Positions 26,080-36,457 of a stretch of DNA of 64,000 nt are shown here, piece by piece (position 1 is the first letter of the stretch; each line of letters starts with the position of its first letter). Location of the stretch: contig CBDFKD010000002.1 in assembly GCA_965248695.1 (NCBI GenBank), positions 1 through 64,000 on the forward strand. The letters run 5' to 3'. The position numbers were made by a program, and so were the translations under genes. The notes beneath the pieces were generated by a model. It did not search any database. It saw only the letters and a list, made by a program, of their open reading frames with translations, and was not told where the DNA came from. This DNA comes from Acidobacteriota bacterium. GTDB lineage: Bacteria; Acidobacteriota; UBA890; WLXD01.

Positions 26080-26849
26080 GCAACGTATGGGCTATCGCCT
26101 ACAAGGAGTTGCGCGCCTACTTCCTGTCCCCCATCGCCTACGTCGTGCTCGCCGGGTTCTTGCTGATCACCGGCTTCATGTTCTGGAACATGCTGGCGCA
26201 GTTCTCGCGCTTCGTGGCGATCTACTCGTCGATGCAACGGCCGGACATGATGCAGCAGATGAACCTCAACGACATGGTGATCACGCCGCTGCTGGGCAAC
26301 GTCACCGTGGTGTTCATCTTGATCATGCCGCTGGTGACCATGCGGCTGTTCGCCGAGGAGCGCGCCCGCGGAACGGATGAGTTGCTGTTGACTTCGCCGA
26401 TCAGCACGCTCGAGATCACGTTCGGCAAGTTCTTCGGCGCCGCGTGCTTCCTGCTCGTGCTCCTGGGCCTGTTTTTCGTCTACCCGCTGGTGCTCATGTA
26501 CTTCGGCGATCCTGAGTTGCCGCGCATCTTCACTGGCTACCTGGGGCTGCTGCTGATCGGACTTTCGGCGATCGCACTGGGCCTGTTCACGTCGACGTTG
26601 ACCGACAGCCAGATCGTCGCCGGGGTGCTCGCCGGCGGCCTGCTGCTGATGCTGCTGTTGATCGCGTGGCCGGCAGATGCGGTCGGGGAACCGTATGGAG
26701 CCGTGCTCCGTTACCTATCGATCACGGATCATTCCAGTGACCTGATGCGTGGCTTGGTCAAGGCGGAGGACGTGATCTATTACCTCAGCGTCGTGGCTAT
26801 CGGTCTTTTTCTTTCGCAGCGCTCGTTAGAGTCGCTGCGCTGGAGATAA
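26076..26849 (+). CDS. ABC-2 permease (GldF-like)
   Basis: KELRAYFLSPIAY, TMRLFAEE.GTDELLLTSP; six hydrophobic segments. Confidence 0.9.
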   Translation: MSNVWAIAYKELRAYFLSPIAYVVLAGFLLITGFMFWNMLAQFSRFVAIYSSMQRPDMMQQMNLNDMVITPLLGNVTVVFILIMPLVTMRLFAEERARGTDELLLTSPISTLEITFGKFFGAACFLLVLLGLFFVYPLVLMYFGDPELPRIFTGYLGLLLIGLSAIALGLFTSTLTDSQIVAGVLAGGLLLMLLLIAWPADAVGEPYGAVLRYLSITDHSSDLMRGLVKAEDVIYYLSVVAIGLFLSQRSLESLRWR

Positions 26850-26853
26850 GCGG

Positions 26854-28470
26854 ATGGGCAACTACCGGACGTTCGGACCGCTAGGTTCTGTTGTTCTCGT
26901 ATTCGGACTGCTGTCCGGTTTGCTCTCCGGCAACTGGTCATCCGTTTACGTTCTCGCGCACCTGATTCTCGGCACCATGATGCTGGCGCTGTACCTGTTC
27001 ACCCACGTCGACTCGCTCAAAGAGTCGGTGGGAGGACGACAGGCCAAGTACGGGACCAACGCCATCGTCTACACGTTGTTGACACTCGGCGTCATCGTGG
27101 CGCTCAACTACTTCGCGGCGCAGCGATCGTGGCGCTGGGACGTGACCGAGCAGGGCGTCTTCTCGCTCGCCCCACAGACCACGCAGCTGCTCGACGGGCT
27201 CGAGGTCGACGTGGTGGCTCGCGGCTTCTATCGTGACGGCGAAGAGGGCGCTACGCGCGACTTGCTGGAGAGCATCGCCGCGGTATCGCCTCGCTTCAGC
27301 TACGAGTTCGTCGATCCGGACAAGAGCCCGGAGCTCGCCGAACGCTACGAGATCACCCAGTACGGAACGCTCCACGTCGCCGCCGGTGAGGAGACCACCA
27401 AGATCACCGAGATCAACGAGGCAGCGATCACCAACACCCTGATCCGCCTCACCTCGGCGAGCCGCAAGCTCGCCTACTACGTGTCGGGGCACGCCGAGCT
27501 CGATCCGGACGATTCGACAGCGCCGCGCGGCTTCGGTCTTGCCAAGGCGGCGCTCAGCAACGAGGGGTACGACTTCGAGTCCCTGGTGCTTGCCGCCGTT
27601 CCCGACGTACCGGCGGACGCCGACGTCCTTATCGTGGCGGGCCCGGAGCGGCCCTTCCTGGAGCGCGAGGTGGAGACGCTCGGACGCTACCTACAACGTG
27701 GCGGCCAGGCGATCGTGATGATCGACCCTCAGCGTGGTCAGGAGCTCCGCGGAATGCTCGCCGAGCGCGGCGTGGCACTCGGCGACGACGTGATCATCGA
27801 GGAGTTCGTGCAGCTGTTCGCCGGCGCCAGCCTCGGCGTCGAGCCTGTGGTCAGCAGCTACGGTACGCATGAGATCACCAGCGGCTTCAGTGAGCGCACT
27901 ATTTTCCAGCTGGCTCGCAGCGTGGCGGCAACCGAGGAGACGCCCGAGGGGATCGTCATCGAAGAGCTGGCGCTCACGAGCCCGAGCTCCTGGGCCGAGG
28001 TCGACATCGATCGACTGTTCGACAACGGTGAGGTGGAAGTTGGCGACGACGACCGGCGCGGTCCGATCGCGCTGGCGGTAGCGGCCACCGCCACCGATGC
28101 CGCACTCGTATGGACGCCACCCCTCATCGCGTCTGCCCGCGACGGCGAGGTGGTGGCAGCTAGCGGAAGCGAAGATTCGGGCGCCGAGGCTCCCTCCGGT
28201 CTCGAGGGCCGACTCGTCGTTTTCGGAGACTCGGAGTGGATCAGCAATCGTTACATCAACAACTTCTTCAACCAGGACCTCTTCCTGAACGCCATTAGCT
28301 GGCTGGGCGGCGAGGAGGAGTTGATCTCGATTCGACCTCGGCAGACGCGTGCTTCGAGCGTCATGCTGACCGCCAGCGAGAGTCAGGCAGTCTTCTATAT
28401 CGCGGTGCTGTTGATGCCGGAGCTCATCCTGTTCTGTGGCGTGATGGTCTGGCTCAACCGACGCAGGTAG
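26854..28470 (+). CDS. GldG-like ABC transporter auxiliary protein
   Basis: DVTEQGVFSLA, VDPDK.P, GH.E, GDSEW..N; terminal TM helices. Confidence 0.85.
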   Translation: MGNYRTFGPLGSVVLVFGLLSGLLSGNWSSVYVLAHLILGTMMLALYLFTHVDSLKESVGGRQAKYGTNAIVYTLLTLGVIVALNYFAAQRSWRWDVTEQGVFSLAPQTTQLLDGLEVDVVARGFYRDGEEGATRDLLESIAAVSPRFSYEFVDPDKSPELAERYEITQYGTLHVAAGEETTKITEINEAAITNTLIRLTSASRKLAYYVSGHAELDPDDSTAPRGFGLAKAALSNEGYDFESLVLAAVPDVPADADVLIVAGPERPFLEREVETLGRYLQRGGQAIVMIDPQRGQELRGMLAERGVALGDDVIIEEFVQLFAGASLGVEPVVSSYGTHEITSGFSERTIFQLARSVAATEETPEGIVIEELALTSPSSWAEVDIDRLFDNGEVEVGDDDRRGPIALAVAATATDAALVWTPPLIASARDGEVVAASGSEDSGAEAPSGLEGRLVVFGDSEWISNRYINNFFNQDLFLNAISWLGGEEELISIRPRQTRASSVMLTASESQAVFYIAVLLMPELILFCGVMVWLNRRR

Positions 28471-28475
28471 CCGAA

Positions 28476-30317
28476 ATGCAGATCCGCAACACGTTGATCA
28501 TGGCCGTCGTATTGATCTTCGTCGGCGGCTTCGTCTACTTTTACGAGGTCCGGGGTCGAGCCGAGCGCGAGGAGGCCGAGGAGCAGGAAGCGCTGCTGCT
28601 GCACTTCGACTCCGAGCAAGTGACCGCACTCGAGCTCACCACCGCCGACGGGACCGTTAGCGCCACCAAGACCGATGGCGAATGGGTCATCACCGCTCCG
28701 GTGTCCGTCCCCGCCGACGGCGCCGCGATCGATTCACTCGTCGACCGGCTGCAGAACGGCAAGCAGGATCGCCTGATCTCGGAGGCAGCGGAGGATCTGG
28801 CGCCCTTCGGGCTGGCAGAGCCGGTGGCGCGCGTCACACTCGAGCTGGAGGACAGTGGGTCCGCAATGCTGGCGGTGGGTGGCGACACGCCGATCGGTGC
28901 CAACGTCTACGTAACCGCCGGAGACGAAGGAACCGTCCACAGCGCCGTAAGCAGCCTTCGGGACGTGCTCGATCAGTCGCTCTTCGATCTACGCGACAAG
29001 TCGGTGCTGATATTCGACGAGGACACGGTACGCCGCGTCGAGATGTCGCGCGGCGCGTTCCGCGCCGAGCTCGCGGCAACGCCAGACAGCGACGGCGAGC
29101 TGCAGTGGGCGGCCACCGCGCCGTTCAGTGGCCGCGCCGACGGCGATACGATCGACGACCTGCTGTCGACGCTGCACACCGCCGAGGCAACGGCCTTCGT
29201 GCTCGACTCCGAGCCCACGGCCGAGCAGCTGGCCGAGTACGGCCTGGCCCAACCAACCGTCCGCTTCTCGTTGGGCACTGAAGACGACGCCAGCCATGGC
29301 CTGGTTGTCGGCGCGGCGCTGGAAGAGGACGAGGGCTTTTACGCCATGCGCGCCGGAGGCAATGCGATATTCGTTGTCGAGAGCGATCTTCTTGACGATG
29401 TGCCTTCCACCGCCGACGGGCTGCGCAACAAGCAGGCGGTCGCCCTGGCACGCGAGCGTGTCAGCACCCTCGCCTTGCAGCAGGCTGGCGAGGCGACGAT
29501 TCGCGTCGAGCGCGACGGGGCCGATTGGAAAATCACCGAGCCGCGGCCGCTGGAGGCCGACGCGTCCGTCGTGTCTCGCTTGCTGAGCGCGCTCGAGGAT
29601 CTGCGCGCCGAAGGGTTCGCGGAGTCGAGCGCCGCGGCCAACGCCAACGAGATCGTGGTCACGGTCGGTCTGAGCGCCGAGGGTGATGGCGGCGGCCCGG
29701 TCAGCGAGACGATCGAAGTCCGTACGGGCGGGTCGAGGTCGATTCTGCCGCTGTCGGAAGCCGGCGGTGAGGACGTCGAGGAGATCGACGCAACCTATGT
29801 GAGCACGTCGCTCGACGATACCGTCTACCTGGTGCCGGCGGATGACGCCGCCGATCTGGACGTCGGCCTGTTCGACCTGCGCGTCAAGACGTTGGTGGAG
29901 TTCACTCAGGCCGACTTGGACGAGATCCGCGTCGAGGCCGGCGGCACACGCTACGCGCTCAGCAAGAGCGGCACGGATTGGTCGCTTGATGGCGGCGGCA
30001 CGATCGAAGCCAGCGATGTCTCCGACCTGCTCTGGGACCTCAACTACCTCCGCATGGAGGGGGTCACCACCGAATGGTCCGGTACCCCGCCTGATTTGGC
30101 TCCGTACGGTCTGGCCGCAGTCAGGTATAGCGTTCAGGCGTCCATCGACGGCACCACGGTGGCGAACATTCAGCTCGGCGACGACATCCCGAGCACGGAC
30201 CCCGACGCTTCGGGCCGCGCGCACGCGATCGTCGACGGCCACCATGCTGTCTACGAGGTTGCCGCTTCGTTGGGCGATGCCGTCGCCACGCTGGTGGAGA
30301 AGCTGGAAGGCAGCTGA
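28476..30317 (+). CDS. DUF4340-like repeat protein
   Basis: N-terminal TM; three repeats with W.I..P..AD and L..YGL..P. Confidence 0.8.
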   Translation: MQIRNTLIMAVVLIFVGGFVYFYEVRGRAEREEAEEQEALLLHFDSEQVTALELTTADGTVSATKTDGEWVITAPVSVPADGAAIDSLVDRLQNGKQDRLISEAAEDLAPFGLAEPVARVTLELEDSGSAMLAVGGDTPIGANVYVTAGDEGTVHSAVSSLRDVLDQSLFDLRDKSVLIFDEDTVRRVEMSRGAFRAELAATPDSDGELQWAATAPFSGRADGDTIDDLLSTLHTAEATAFVLDSEPTAEQLAEYGLAQPTVRFSLGTEDDASHGLVVGAALEEDEGFYAMRAGGNAIFVVESDLLDDVPSTADGLRNKQAVALARERVSTLALQQAGEATIRVERDGADWKITEPRPLEADASVVSRLLSALEDLRAEGFAESSAAANANEIVVTVGLSAEGDGGGPVSETIEVRTGGSRSILPLSEAGGEDVEEIDATYVSTSLDDTVYLVPADDAADLDVGLFDLRVKTLVEFTQADLDEIRVEAGGTRYALSKSGTDWSLDGGGTIEASDVSDLLWDLNYLRMEGVTTEWSGTPPDLAPYGLAAVRYSVQASIDGTTVANIQLGDDIPSTDPDASGRAHAIVDGHHAVYEVAASLGDAVATLVEKLEGS

Positions 30318-30364
30318 TACGGTCCCGCACCTGACAGCTTCCAGATAGCCCCTACCCCGCCAGC

Positions 30365-32380
30365 ATGTCCAACGATCAAGCCCCGCCCGACAGCCGACAA
30401 CCCTCTAGCGAGCCGGTGATCCCGGCGTCCGTGCGCCTGCCGGAGCTGACCTTGAAAGGGGTCCTCCTCGGAATCGTGCTGGCCATCGTTCTCGGCGGCG
30501 CCAACGCCTACCTCGGTCTGTTCGCCGGCATGACGGTCTCTGCGTCGATCCCCGCCGCCGTCGTATCCATGGCCGTGCTGCGGGCGTTCCGTAACTCGAA
30601 CATTCTCGAGAACAACCTCGTGCAGACAGCGGCCTCGGCAGGAGAATCGCTGGCGGCCGGCGTCATCTTCACCATACCGGCGCTGGTGCTGATGGGGCAC
30701 TGGGAATCGTTCGACTACTGGCAGGTAACTGCGGTCGCAGCCGTTGGCGGGGTGGTGGGCGTGCTCTTCAGCATTCCCCTGCGACGCGCGCTCGTGGTCG
30801 AGGAACAGCTGCGCTTCCCCGAGGGGGTGGCTACCGCGGAAGTCCTGAAGACCGGTGGCCTGGCGCGCGGCGCCGACGCCCTTACCGCCGGCCTGGTCGA
30901 CGAAGGGGCCGACGAGGAAACTCAGCGCAACAGCATCCGCGCCCTGGGAATAGGGGCGCTCGCCGGCGCCGCGATGAAGTTTTCCGAAGCCGGCATGGGG
31001 CTGTGGAGCGGCACGTTGACGATCGGGGGGCGTGCCCTCGGAACCATCTGGGTGCTCGGCATCAACCTCTCGCCGGCGCTTGTCGGGGTCGGGTACATCG
31101 TCGGCTTGAACATTGCCACCGTCGTATTCGCTGGCGGCGTCATCGCCTGGCTTCTGGGGATCCCGATCTACGTCTGGCAGACCGGTAAGCCGGCCGGCGA
31201 CGCGGTCAACGCGGCCTACGGTATCTGGAGCAGCCAGATCCGCTATCTGGGCGTTGGCGCAATGGTCGTCGGCGGCCTATGGGCGCTCATCAACCTCATA
31301 GGGCCCGTCCGGCGCGGGATTGCCTCCGGAATCGCAGCCTACCGCGCCGCACGCTCCGACCCCGGGGCCCGTGCGATCCGCACCGAGCGCGATGCGCCCA
31401 TGAACCAAGTGCTCATCGCCACCGCGCTCTGCGCCATCCCGATGTTCGCGGTCTATCAGATCGTGCTGCAGCAGGCCGCGATCTCGGCGCTGCTGGCGGT
31501 GGTGATGCTGTTCGCGGGGTTCTTCTTCGCGGCCATCGCTGGCTACATGGCCGGGCTGGTGGGCTCGTCGAACAACCCGATCTCCGGGGTAACGATCGCC
31601 ACGCTGCTGTTCACGTCGTTCATGCTGCTGTGGCTGCTGGGACCGGACAACCCGATCGGACCGCCGGCCGCCGTGTTCGTCGGCGCCATGGTCGCCTGCG
31701 CGGCGGCGATCTCCGGCGATACGATGCAGGACCTCAAGGCCGGCCACCTGGTGGGCGCGACGCCGTGGCGACAGCAGGTCATGGAGCTAGTTGGCGTCGT
31801 TTCCGCCGCCTTCGTGATGATGCCGGTCTTGTACTTGCTGCAGGCACGCTACGGCATCGGCCCACCCACGGCGGCGCAGCCCGACTCGCTGACCGCACCG
31901 CAGGCGACGCTCATGGGAAGCGTGGCAACGGGCGTGTTCGAAGGCGGCCTACCCTGGACGATGATCATCATCGGCGCCGTGGTCGCGGCCCTCATCATCG
32001 CGCTCGACAAGACGCTCGAGGCGCGGAAGGCAGGCTTCCGGACTCCGGTTCTCGCCGTTGCCGTCGGCATCTACCTGCCTCTGGAGCTCACCACATCGAT
32101 CTTCATCGGCGGCCTCGTCTGGTGGGCGGCGGAGCGCGCGTCGGCTGCCAGCGGGGGTGAGCAGTCCATGCGCGGCTTGCTGCTGGCGTCGGGCATGATC
32201 ACCGGCGAGGCACTCATCGGCATCGGCCTGGCATTGCCGATCGTGCTGTCGAGCTGGTCGCCGGCCTTCGGCGCCGACATGTTCCGCGTCGCTGTGGCGC
32301 CGCTGGGCGGCTGGCCCGGCTTCGTCGCGCTGAGCGCGTTGGCGTACGTCATGTACCGCGTGTCGGTGAGCCGTCGCTGA
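30365..32380 (+). CDS. OPT family oligopeptide transporter
   Basis: ANAYLGL..GMTVSASIPAAV, ENNLVQT, FPEG, GSSNNPISG, QDLKAG. Confidence 0.93.
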   Translation: MSNDQAPPDSRQPSSEPVIPASVRLPELTLKGVLLGIVLAIVLGGANAYLGLFAGMTVSASIPAAVVSMAVLRAFRNSNILENNLVQTAASAGESLAAGVIFTIPALVLMGHWESFDYWQVTAVAAVGGVVGVLFSIPLRRALVVEEQLRFPEGVATAEVLKTGGLARGADALTAGLVDEGADEETQRNSIRALGIGALAGAAMKFSEAGMGLWSGTLTIGGRALGTIWVLGINLSPALVGVGYIVGLNIATVVFAGGVIAWLLGIPIYVWQTGKPAGDAVNAAYGIWSSQIRYLGVGAMVVGGLWALINLIGPVRRGIASGIAAYRAARSDPGARAIRTERDAPMNQVLIATALCAIPMFAVYQIVLQQAAISALLAVVMLFAGFFFAAIAGYMAGLVGSSNNPISGVTIATLLFTSFMLLWLLGPDNPIGPPAAVFVGAMVACAAAISGDTMQDLKAGHLVGATPWRQQVMELVGVVSAAFVMMPVLYLLQARYGIGPPTAAQPDSLTAPQATLMGSVATGVFEGGLPWTMIIIGAVVAALIIALDKTLEARKAGFRTPVLAVAVGIYLPLELTTSIFIGGLVWWAAERASAASGGEQSMRGLLLASGMITGEALIGIGLALPIVLSSWSPAFGADMFRVAVAPLGGWPGFVALSALAYVMYRVSVSRR

Positions 32381-32406
32381 GACCGCTTTCCGACGCCGGA
32401 CCTGAA

Positions 32407-33582
32407 GTGACCCCGCCTCCACCCATCGGCCCCAACGTCCGCAAGCTGGGCCTCGTCAGCCTGCTCACCGACATGAGCAGCGAGATGCTCTACGCGGTCG
32501 TCCCTTTGTACTTGACCGAGGTCCTCGGTGCCCCGATCAGCATCGTCGGGTTGATCGAGGGAATCGCCGAGAGCACGGCCAGTGGGCTGAAAGCGGTTTC
32601 GGGCTGGCTGTCGGACCGCACCGGGCGCCGCCGACCGTTCGCGCTCGCCGGCTATGCTCTGTCGGCCCTCGCCAAGCCGCTGTTGGCGCTGGCCGGCACC
32701 TGGACCTGGGTACTCGGGGCTCGCGTCGTCGACCGTACCGGCAAGGGCCTGCGGGGCCCGGCCCGCGACGCGCTGCTGGCCGATTCCACCGCGCCAGAGC
32801 ATCGCGGCCGGGCATTCGGCTTCCATCGCGCCATGGACACCACCGGAGCCGTCATCGGTCCGCTGTTGGCCCTGCTGGCGCTGTCGATGTTGGGATTGGG
32901 CTACACGGGACTCTTCCTGCTCGCCGCCGTACCGGCGTTCGCAGGGGTCGTCGTGCTCGCCGGCGTCGCGGAGATCCGTGGGCCGGCGTCGGAGTCTCCC
33001 GGAACCGGTGCGCGGCGCGCTGTCTCACCGGAGCTACGGCGGTTTCTGGTGGTCGTCGGGCTGTTCGCGCTCGGCAACAGCAGCAACGTCTTCCTGCTAC
33101 TGCGGGCGCGCGATCTTGGCTGGTCACAGGAAGGCGTGATCGGGCTCTATGTGCTCTACAACCTCACCTACGCCGCCGCCGCGTTGCCGGCCGGCTCCTT
33201 ATCAGACCGGATCGGCCGCCGGCGCGTCCTGCTGGGTGGCTTCGCGCTCTCGGCGTCGGTGTACGCCGGCTTTGCCATCGTCGACGAGGCGCTTTATGCC
33301 GTACCGCTCCTCGCCGCCTATGGACTCTATGCCGCCGCCTTTGCGGGCGCCGGGCGCGCCTACGTTGCCGACCTGGCGCCCCGCGGCGGCATGGCCACCG
33401 CCATGGGCATGTATCAAGCCGTTACTGGGGTGCTCGTCCTGGCAGCAAGCCTGATCGCCGGGGCACTGTGGGACCAATTCGGCGCCCACGCGCCGTTCGT
33501 CTTCGGCGCCGCTACGTCGATAGCGGCGGCGATCTTGTTCGCGGTCCTTTGTGCCGAGAAACGCTCCGAGTCCACCAGCTGA
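32407..33582 (+). CDS. MFS transporter
   Basis: GWLSDRTGRRR, GKGLR..RDALL, GRAFGFHRAMDT. Confidence 0.92.
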   Translation: MTPPPPIGPNVRKLGLVSLLTDMSSEMLYAVVPLYLTEVLGAPISIVGLIEGIAESTASGLKAVSGWLSDRTGRRRPFALAGYALSALAKPLLALAGTWTWVLGARVVDRTGKGLRGPARDALLADSTAPEHRGRAFGFHRAMDTTGAVIGPLLALLALSMLGLGYTGLFLLAAVPAFAGVVVLAGVAEIRGPASESPGTGARRAVSPELRRFLVVVGLFALGNSSNVFLLLRARDLGWSQEGVIGLYVLYNLTYAAAALPAGSLSDRIGRRRVLLGGFALSASVYAGFAIVDEALYAVPLLAAYGLYAAAFAGAGRAYVADLAPRGGMATAMGMYQAVTGVLVLAASLIAGALWDQFGAHAPFVFGAATSIAAAILFAVLCAEKRSESTS

Positions 33583-33623
33583 CCGCGGCCTCGCGCGGCG
33601 ACCTCGCGCTCGACCGTCCCGAC

Positions 33624-35072
33624 CTACTCGTCGTCCGCCGCCGTGCCGAAGGCCTTCAGCACCTCGCGAGTGAGATCCCAGCGGTTGAATCCCTGGCGCC
33701 CGTAGTCGAGCCCGCGTCGGACGATCACCAGGTCGTGCGACGGCACGACGACGGCGTACTGTCCGCGATTGCCGGCGGTCGAATAAGCGTCGGTCGGCAC
33801 GTCGGTCCGATCGTCGGGTACGAGCCACCACTGGCCACCGTAGAAGTTGCCGCGTTGCGCGGTGGACGGCGCCGGCGTTCGGACGAAGTCGATCCAGTCC
33901 TCCGACAGTAGCCGTCGTCCGTTCCAGACACCTTTGCGCAGGTAGAGCAGCCCGAAGCGGGCCAGGTCGCGCGCGTTCGTGTAGACCTGACTGCTGAGGA
34001 TAAAGTCGCCGAAGCGATCGACGCTCATGAGCGTGTTGCGCATGCCGATCGCGTCCAGAAGAGCGCTGCGCGGAAACTGCAGATACTCCTGGTCATCACC
34101 GATCGCCAGCTTCATGGCGTACACCGCCAACAGGGTGTCGTAGTTCTCGTAGTCCCAGTGCGACCCGGGCTCGCGGATCAGACCGCGGCTGCGCGCTCCT
34201 ACGATCGAGCTCGCACCGGCCCAGTACGCCTGGCCCGATCCGGTGGCGTATTCGAGTCCGGCGTTGTCGACCGTGCTCAGCCCGCTCGACATGTTCAGCG
34301 CGTGCCGCAGCGTGATTCGCGCGCGGGGATCGGAATCACCGTCCAGTGCATCCGGTAACCATTCGAAGCCCAGCGGCGCATCGAGGTCCAGCCGCCCCTC
34401 GTCCACCAGCATGCCGATCAGCGTCACCGCCAGGCTCTTGGCGGTCGACCAGGTACGCGTGCGGGTGCTCATGTCGACGCCGGGCGCATAGCGCTCATGC
34501 ACGATGCGGCCGCCATGGACGACGATCAAGCTGAGCGTCACCTGTTCGGGCGACGGGCGCTCGAACGCCCAGTCGGAGGCAGCCTGCAGGCCGGCGACGT
34601 TGAGCGCTGACGGCGGCGGATCATCCGCCACCAGGTCGCCGTCCGGCCACGGGATGGAGGCCGGATCTCCGGATTGCAGTGGCGTCTCGAGCACCGGCAG
34701 GCTGTCGATGTCCTCGAACGTCTGATCCGGCGCCATGATCACACAGCCCAGCCCTTCGCGGAACGCGGCGCGCATCACCGGGGTCCCTCCCGGCGCGCCG
34801 ATGGCGACGGCGCGACGATCCCAGTCGACTGCGTAGTCACCGCCGGACGCCGTTCCGACCGGCTGCCGGAGGTACTTGAGCTCCTGGTCGAACACCTGCT
34901 CGAGGGTGCGATTCGAGGTGAACAGGCCGTTGCACATGAAGATCGCCTGCTGCCCGTGCTGGATCACGTTGCGGTTGAACCGCCAGTAGTCGTAGGACTC
35001 GGTTTGCTGAGCGCTGGCAAGCGTGGGCAGCAGGAGGGCGACGGCAGCGAGTTGGGCCGATAGGCGCTTCAT
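33624..35072 (-). CDS. Secreted serine hydrolase (beta-lactamase class C-like)
   Basis: Signal peptide MKRLSAQL..; SxxK (WSTAKS), YxN (YEN), ARDLARFG. Confidence 0.88.
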   Translation of the reverse strand: MKRLSAQLAAVALLLPTLASAQQTESYDYWRFNRNVIQHGQQAIFMCNGLFTSNRTLEQVFDQELKYLRQPVGTASGGDYAVDWDRRAVAIGAPGGTPVMRAAFREGLGCVIMAPDQTFEDIDSLPVLETPLQSGDPASIPWPDGDLVADDPPPSALNVAGLQAASDWAFERPSPEQVTLSLIVVHGGRIVHERYAPGVDMSTRTRTWSTAKSLAVTLIGMLVDEGRLDLDAPLGFEWLPDALDGDSDPRARITLRHALNMSSGLSTVDNAGLEYATGSGQAYWAGASSIVGARSRGLIREPGSHWDYENYDTLLAVYAMKLAIGDDQEYLQFPRSALLDAIGMRNTLMSVDRFGDFILSSQVYTNARDLARFGLLYLRKGVWNGRRLLSEDWIDFVRTPAPSTAQRGNFYGGQWWLVPDDRTDVPTDAYSTAGNRGQYAVVVPSHDLVIVRRGLDYGRQGFNRWDLTREVLKAFGTAADDE

Positions 35073-35265
35073 GGTGTTTCCCTCCAAGGCGCGACGAAAC
35101 AGGGGAGTTGCCGATAGCCGGCGCCGACGCTCGCCGCCCTGACCACGGTTTGGCGCATGATACCGAACATGGCCGCCGACTTCGCGGCTCGACGACTGCC
35201 GCCAGCGCGTTCGGCTGTGCCGTCCAGACAAGCGTGCGATATGACTCGCAGCGTCTGGACGTGTC

Positions 35266-36435
35266 TCACCCGTCCAGCCACTCCAGCGGCACCTTGGCGG
35301 CGCGGTAGACAACGTTCGCCTCCACGTCACGGAACGGCCCCATCGCTCGGCTGACGTATTCCCAGACGATCTCGCCGTCCGCAGTGACCTCGAAGATGCG
35401 ACCGTAAGCGCCCTCGTCGATCAGCGTATTGCCGTTCGGCAGTCGCTGTGCCGAGCTCAGAATGAAGCTGTTGAAAGTAAACTGCGGCAACCCGGAGGCG
35501 GAGGCTCGATACTCGTAGCGAATCGACTGATCGACCGGATCGATCTCGATCACACGGGAGAACGACCGCCAGCCGGCGCTGCCGCCGGCGTCATAACCGC
35601 TGCCGAGACCGTTGTCGAAGATCAGGATGTTGCCGGCTCCAGGGAGCCCGCGAGGAATCATGAGGGGGTCGTGCTGGCCGATGGTAAGCCCGTCGGTTCG
35701 CCAGACGATCTCGCCGGTCTGACGATCGATAATGGCGACGGCGTTGATGAACCGGTAGCTGATGATGACGTTGCCACGGCGAAAACGCGGATCGGTGTGG
35801 CCGTTGCGCGGGATGACCGAGGCTGCGTTGGCGTGGGCCCAATCCCCGCCCTGCTGCCGGATCATGCGCCTCATTCGCGGCGAGAAAGCGAAATCGTCGA
35901 ATCGATCCGCCGTCTGCCAGTCCCAAGCAACGGTCCCATCGGCTCGAACCTCGAGCACACAATCGTCCTGCAGCGGGGTCGGCGAGATCGCCGCGCGGAC
36001 GACCTCCCGAGAGCACAGGATCAGGGTGTTGCCGTTCGGCAACCGCGAGTGATCATGATGGAAGGTGACGCCAGCGGGCTGGTGGTACTGCCATACCGTT
36101 GCCCCCGACGGGTCAAGCTCGACAATCGAGCGGGCGGCGGTCGACGACTCGTGCAGCCGCACAAGGATGCTGCCGTTGTCCAGCGGCCGCGCGAACGCAT
36201 AGCGATGTCCGGCGGGGGCGCGGAATCGTCGGGCAACCTGTCCTTCCACGCCGATGATGTAGATGTCGCCGTCGTTTCCGGCGAACACGACATACCCGGG
36301 GCTCACTCGTTCACGATCGAGAATCGTGAGGCCTTTCTTGTGATGCGACGGCGGCGTGGCGTGCTTCGCGAGCGTCGGCGGCGTGGGAAGAAGGCAGCAG
36401 ACCAACGTGGCGATGGCAAGACAGCGGATGTTCAT
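35266..36435 (-). CDS. Arylsulfotransferase (ASST)-like beta-propeller protein
   Basis: HHD..LPNGN, DWAHAN, GQHD, FDNG, SAQRLPNGNTLI. Confidence 0.85.
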   Translation of the reverse strand: MNIRCLAIATLVCCLLPTPPTLAKHATPPSHHKKGLTILDRERVSPGYVVFAGNDGDIYIIGVEGQVARRFRAPAGHRYAFARPLDNGSILVRLHESSTAARSIVELDPSGATVWQYHQPAGVTFHHDHSRLPNGNTLILCSREVVRAAISPTPLQDDCVLEVRADGTVAWDWQTADRFDDFAFSPRMRRMIRQQGGDWAHANAASVIPRNGHTDPRFRRGNVIISYRFINAVAIIDRQTGEIVWRTDGLTIGQHDPLMIPRGLPGAGNILIFDNGLGSGYDAGGSAGWRSFSRVIEIDPVDQSIRYEYRASASGLPQFTFNSFILSSAQRLPNGNTLIDEGAYGRIFEVTADGEIVWEYVSRAMGPFRDVEANVVYRAAKVPLEWLDG

Positions 36436-36457
36436 CGAGGCCTCCGGAGCCGGACGG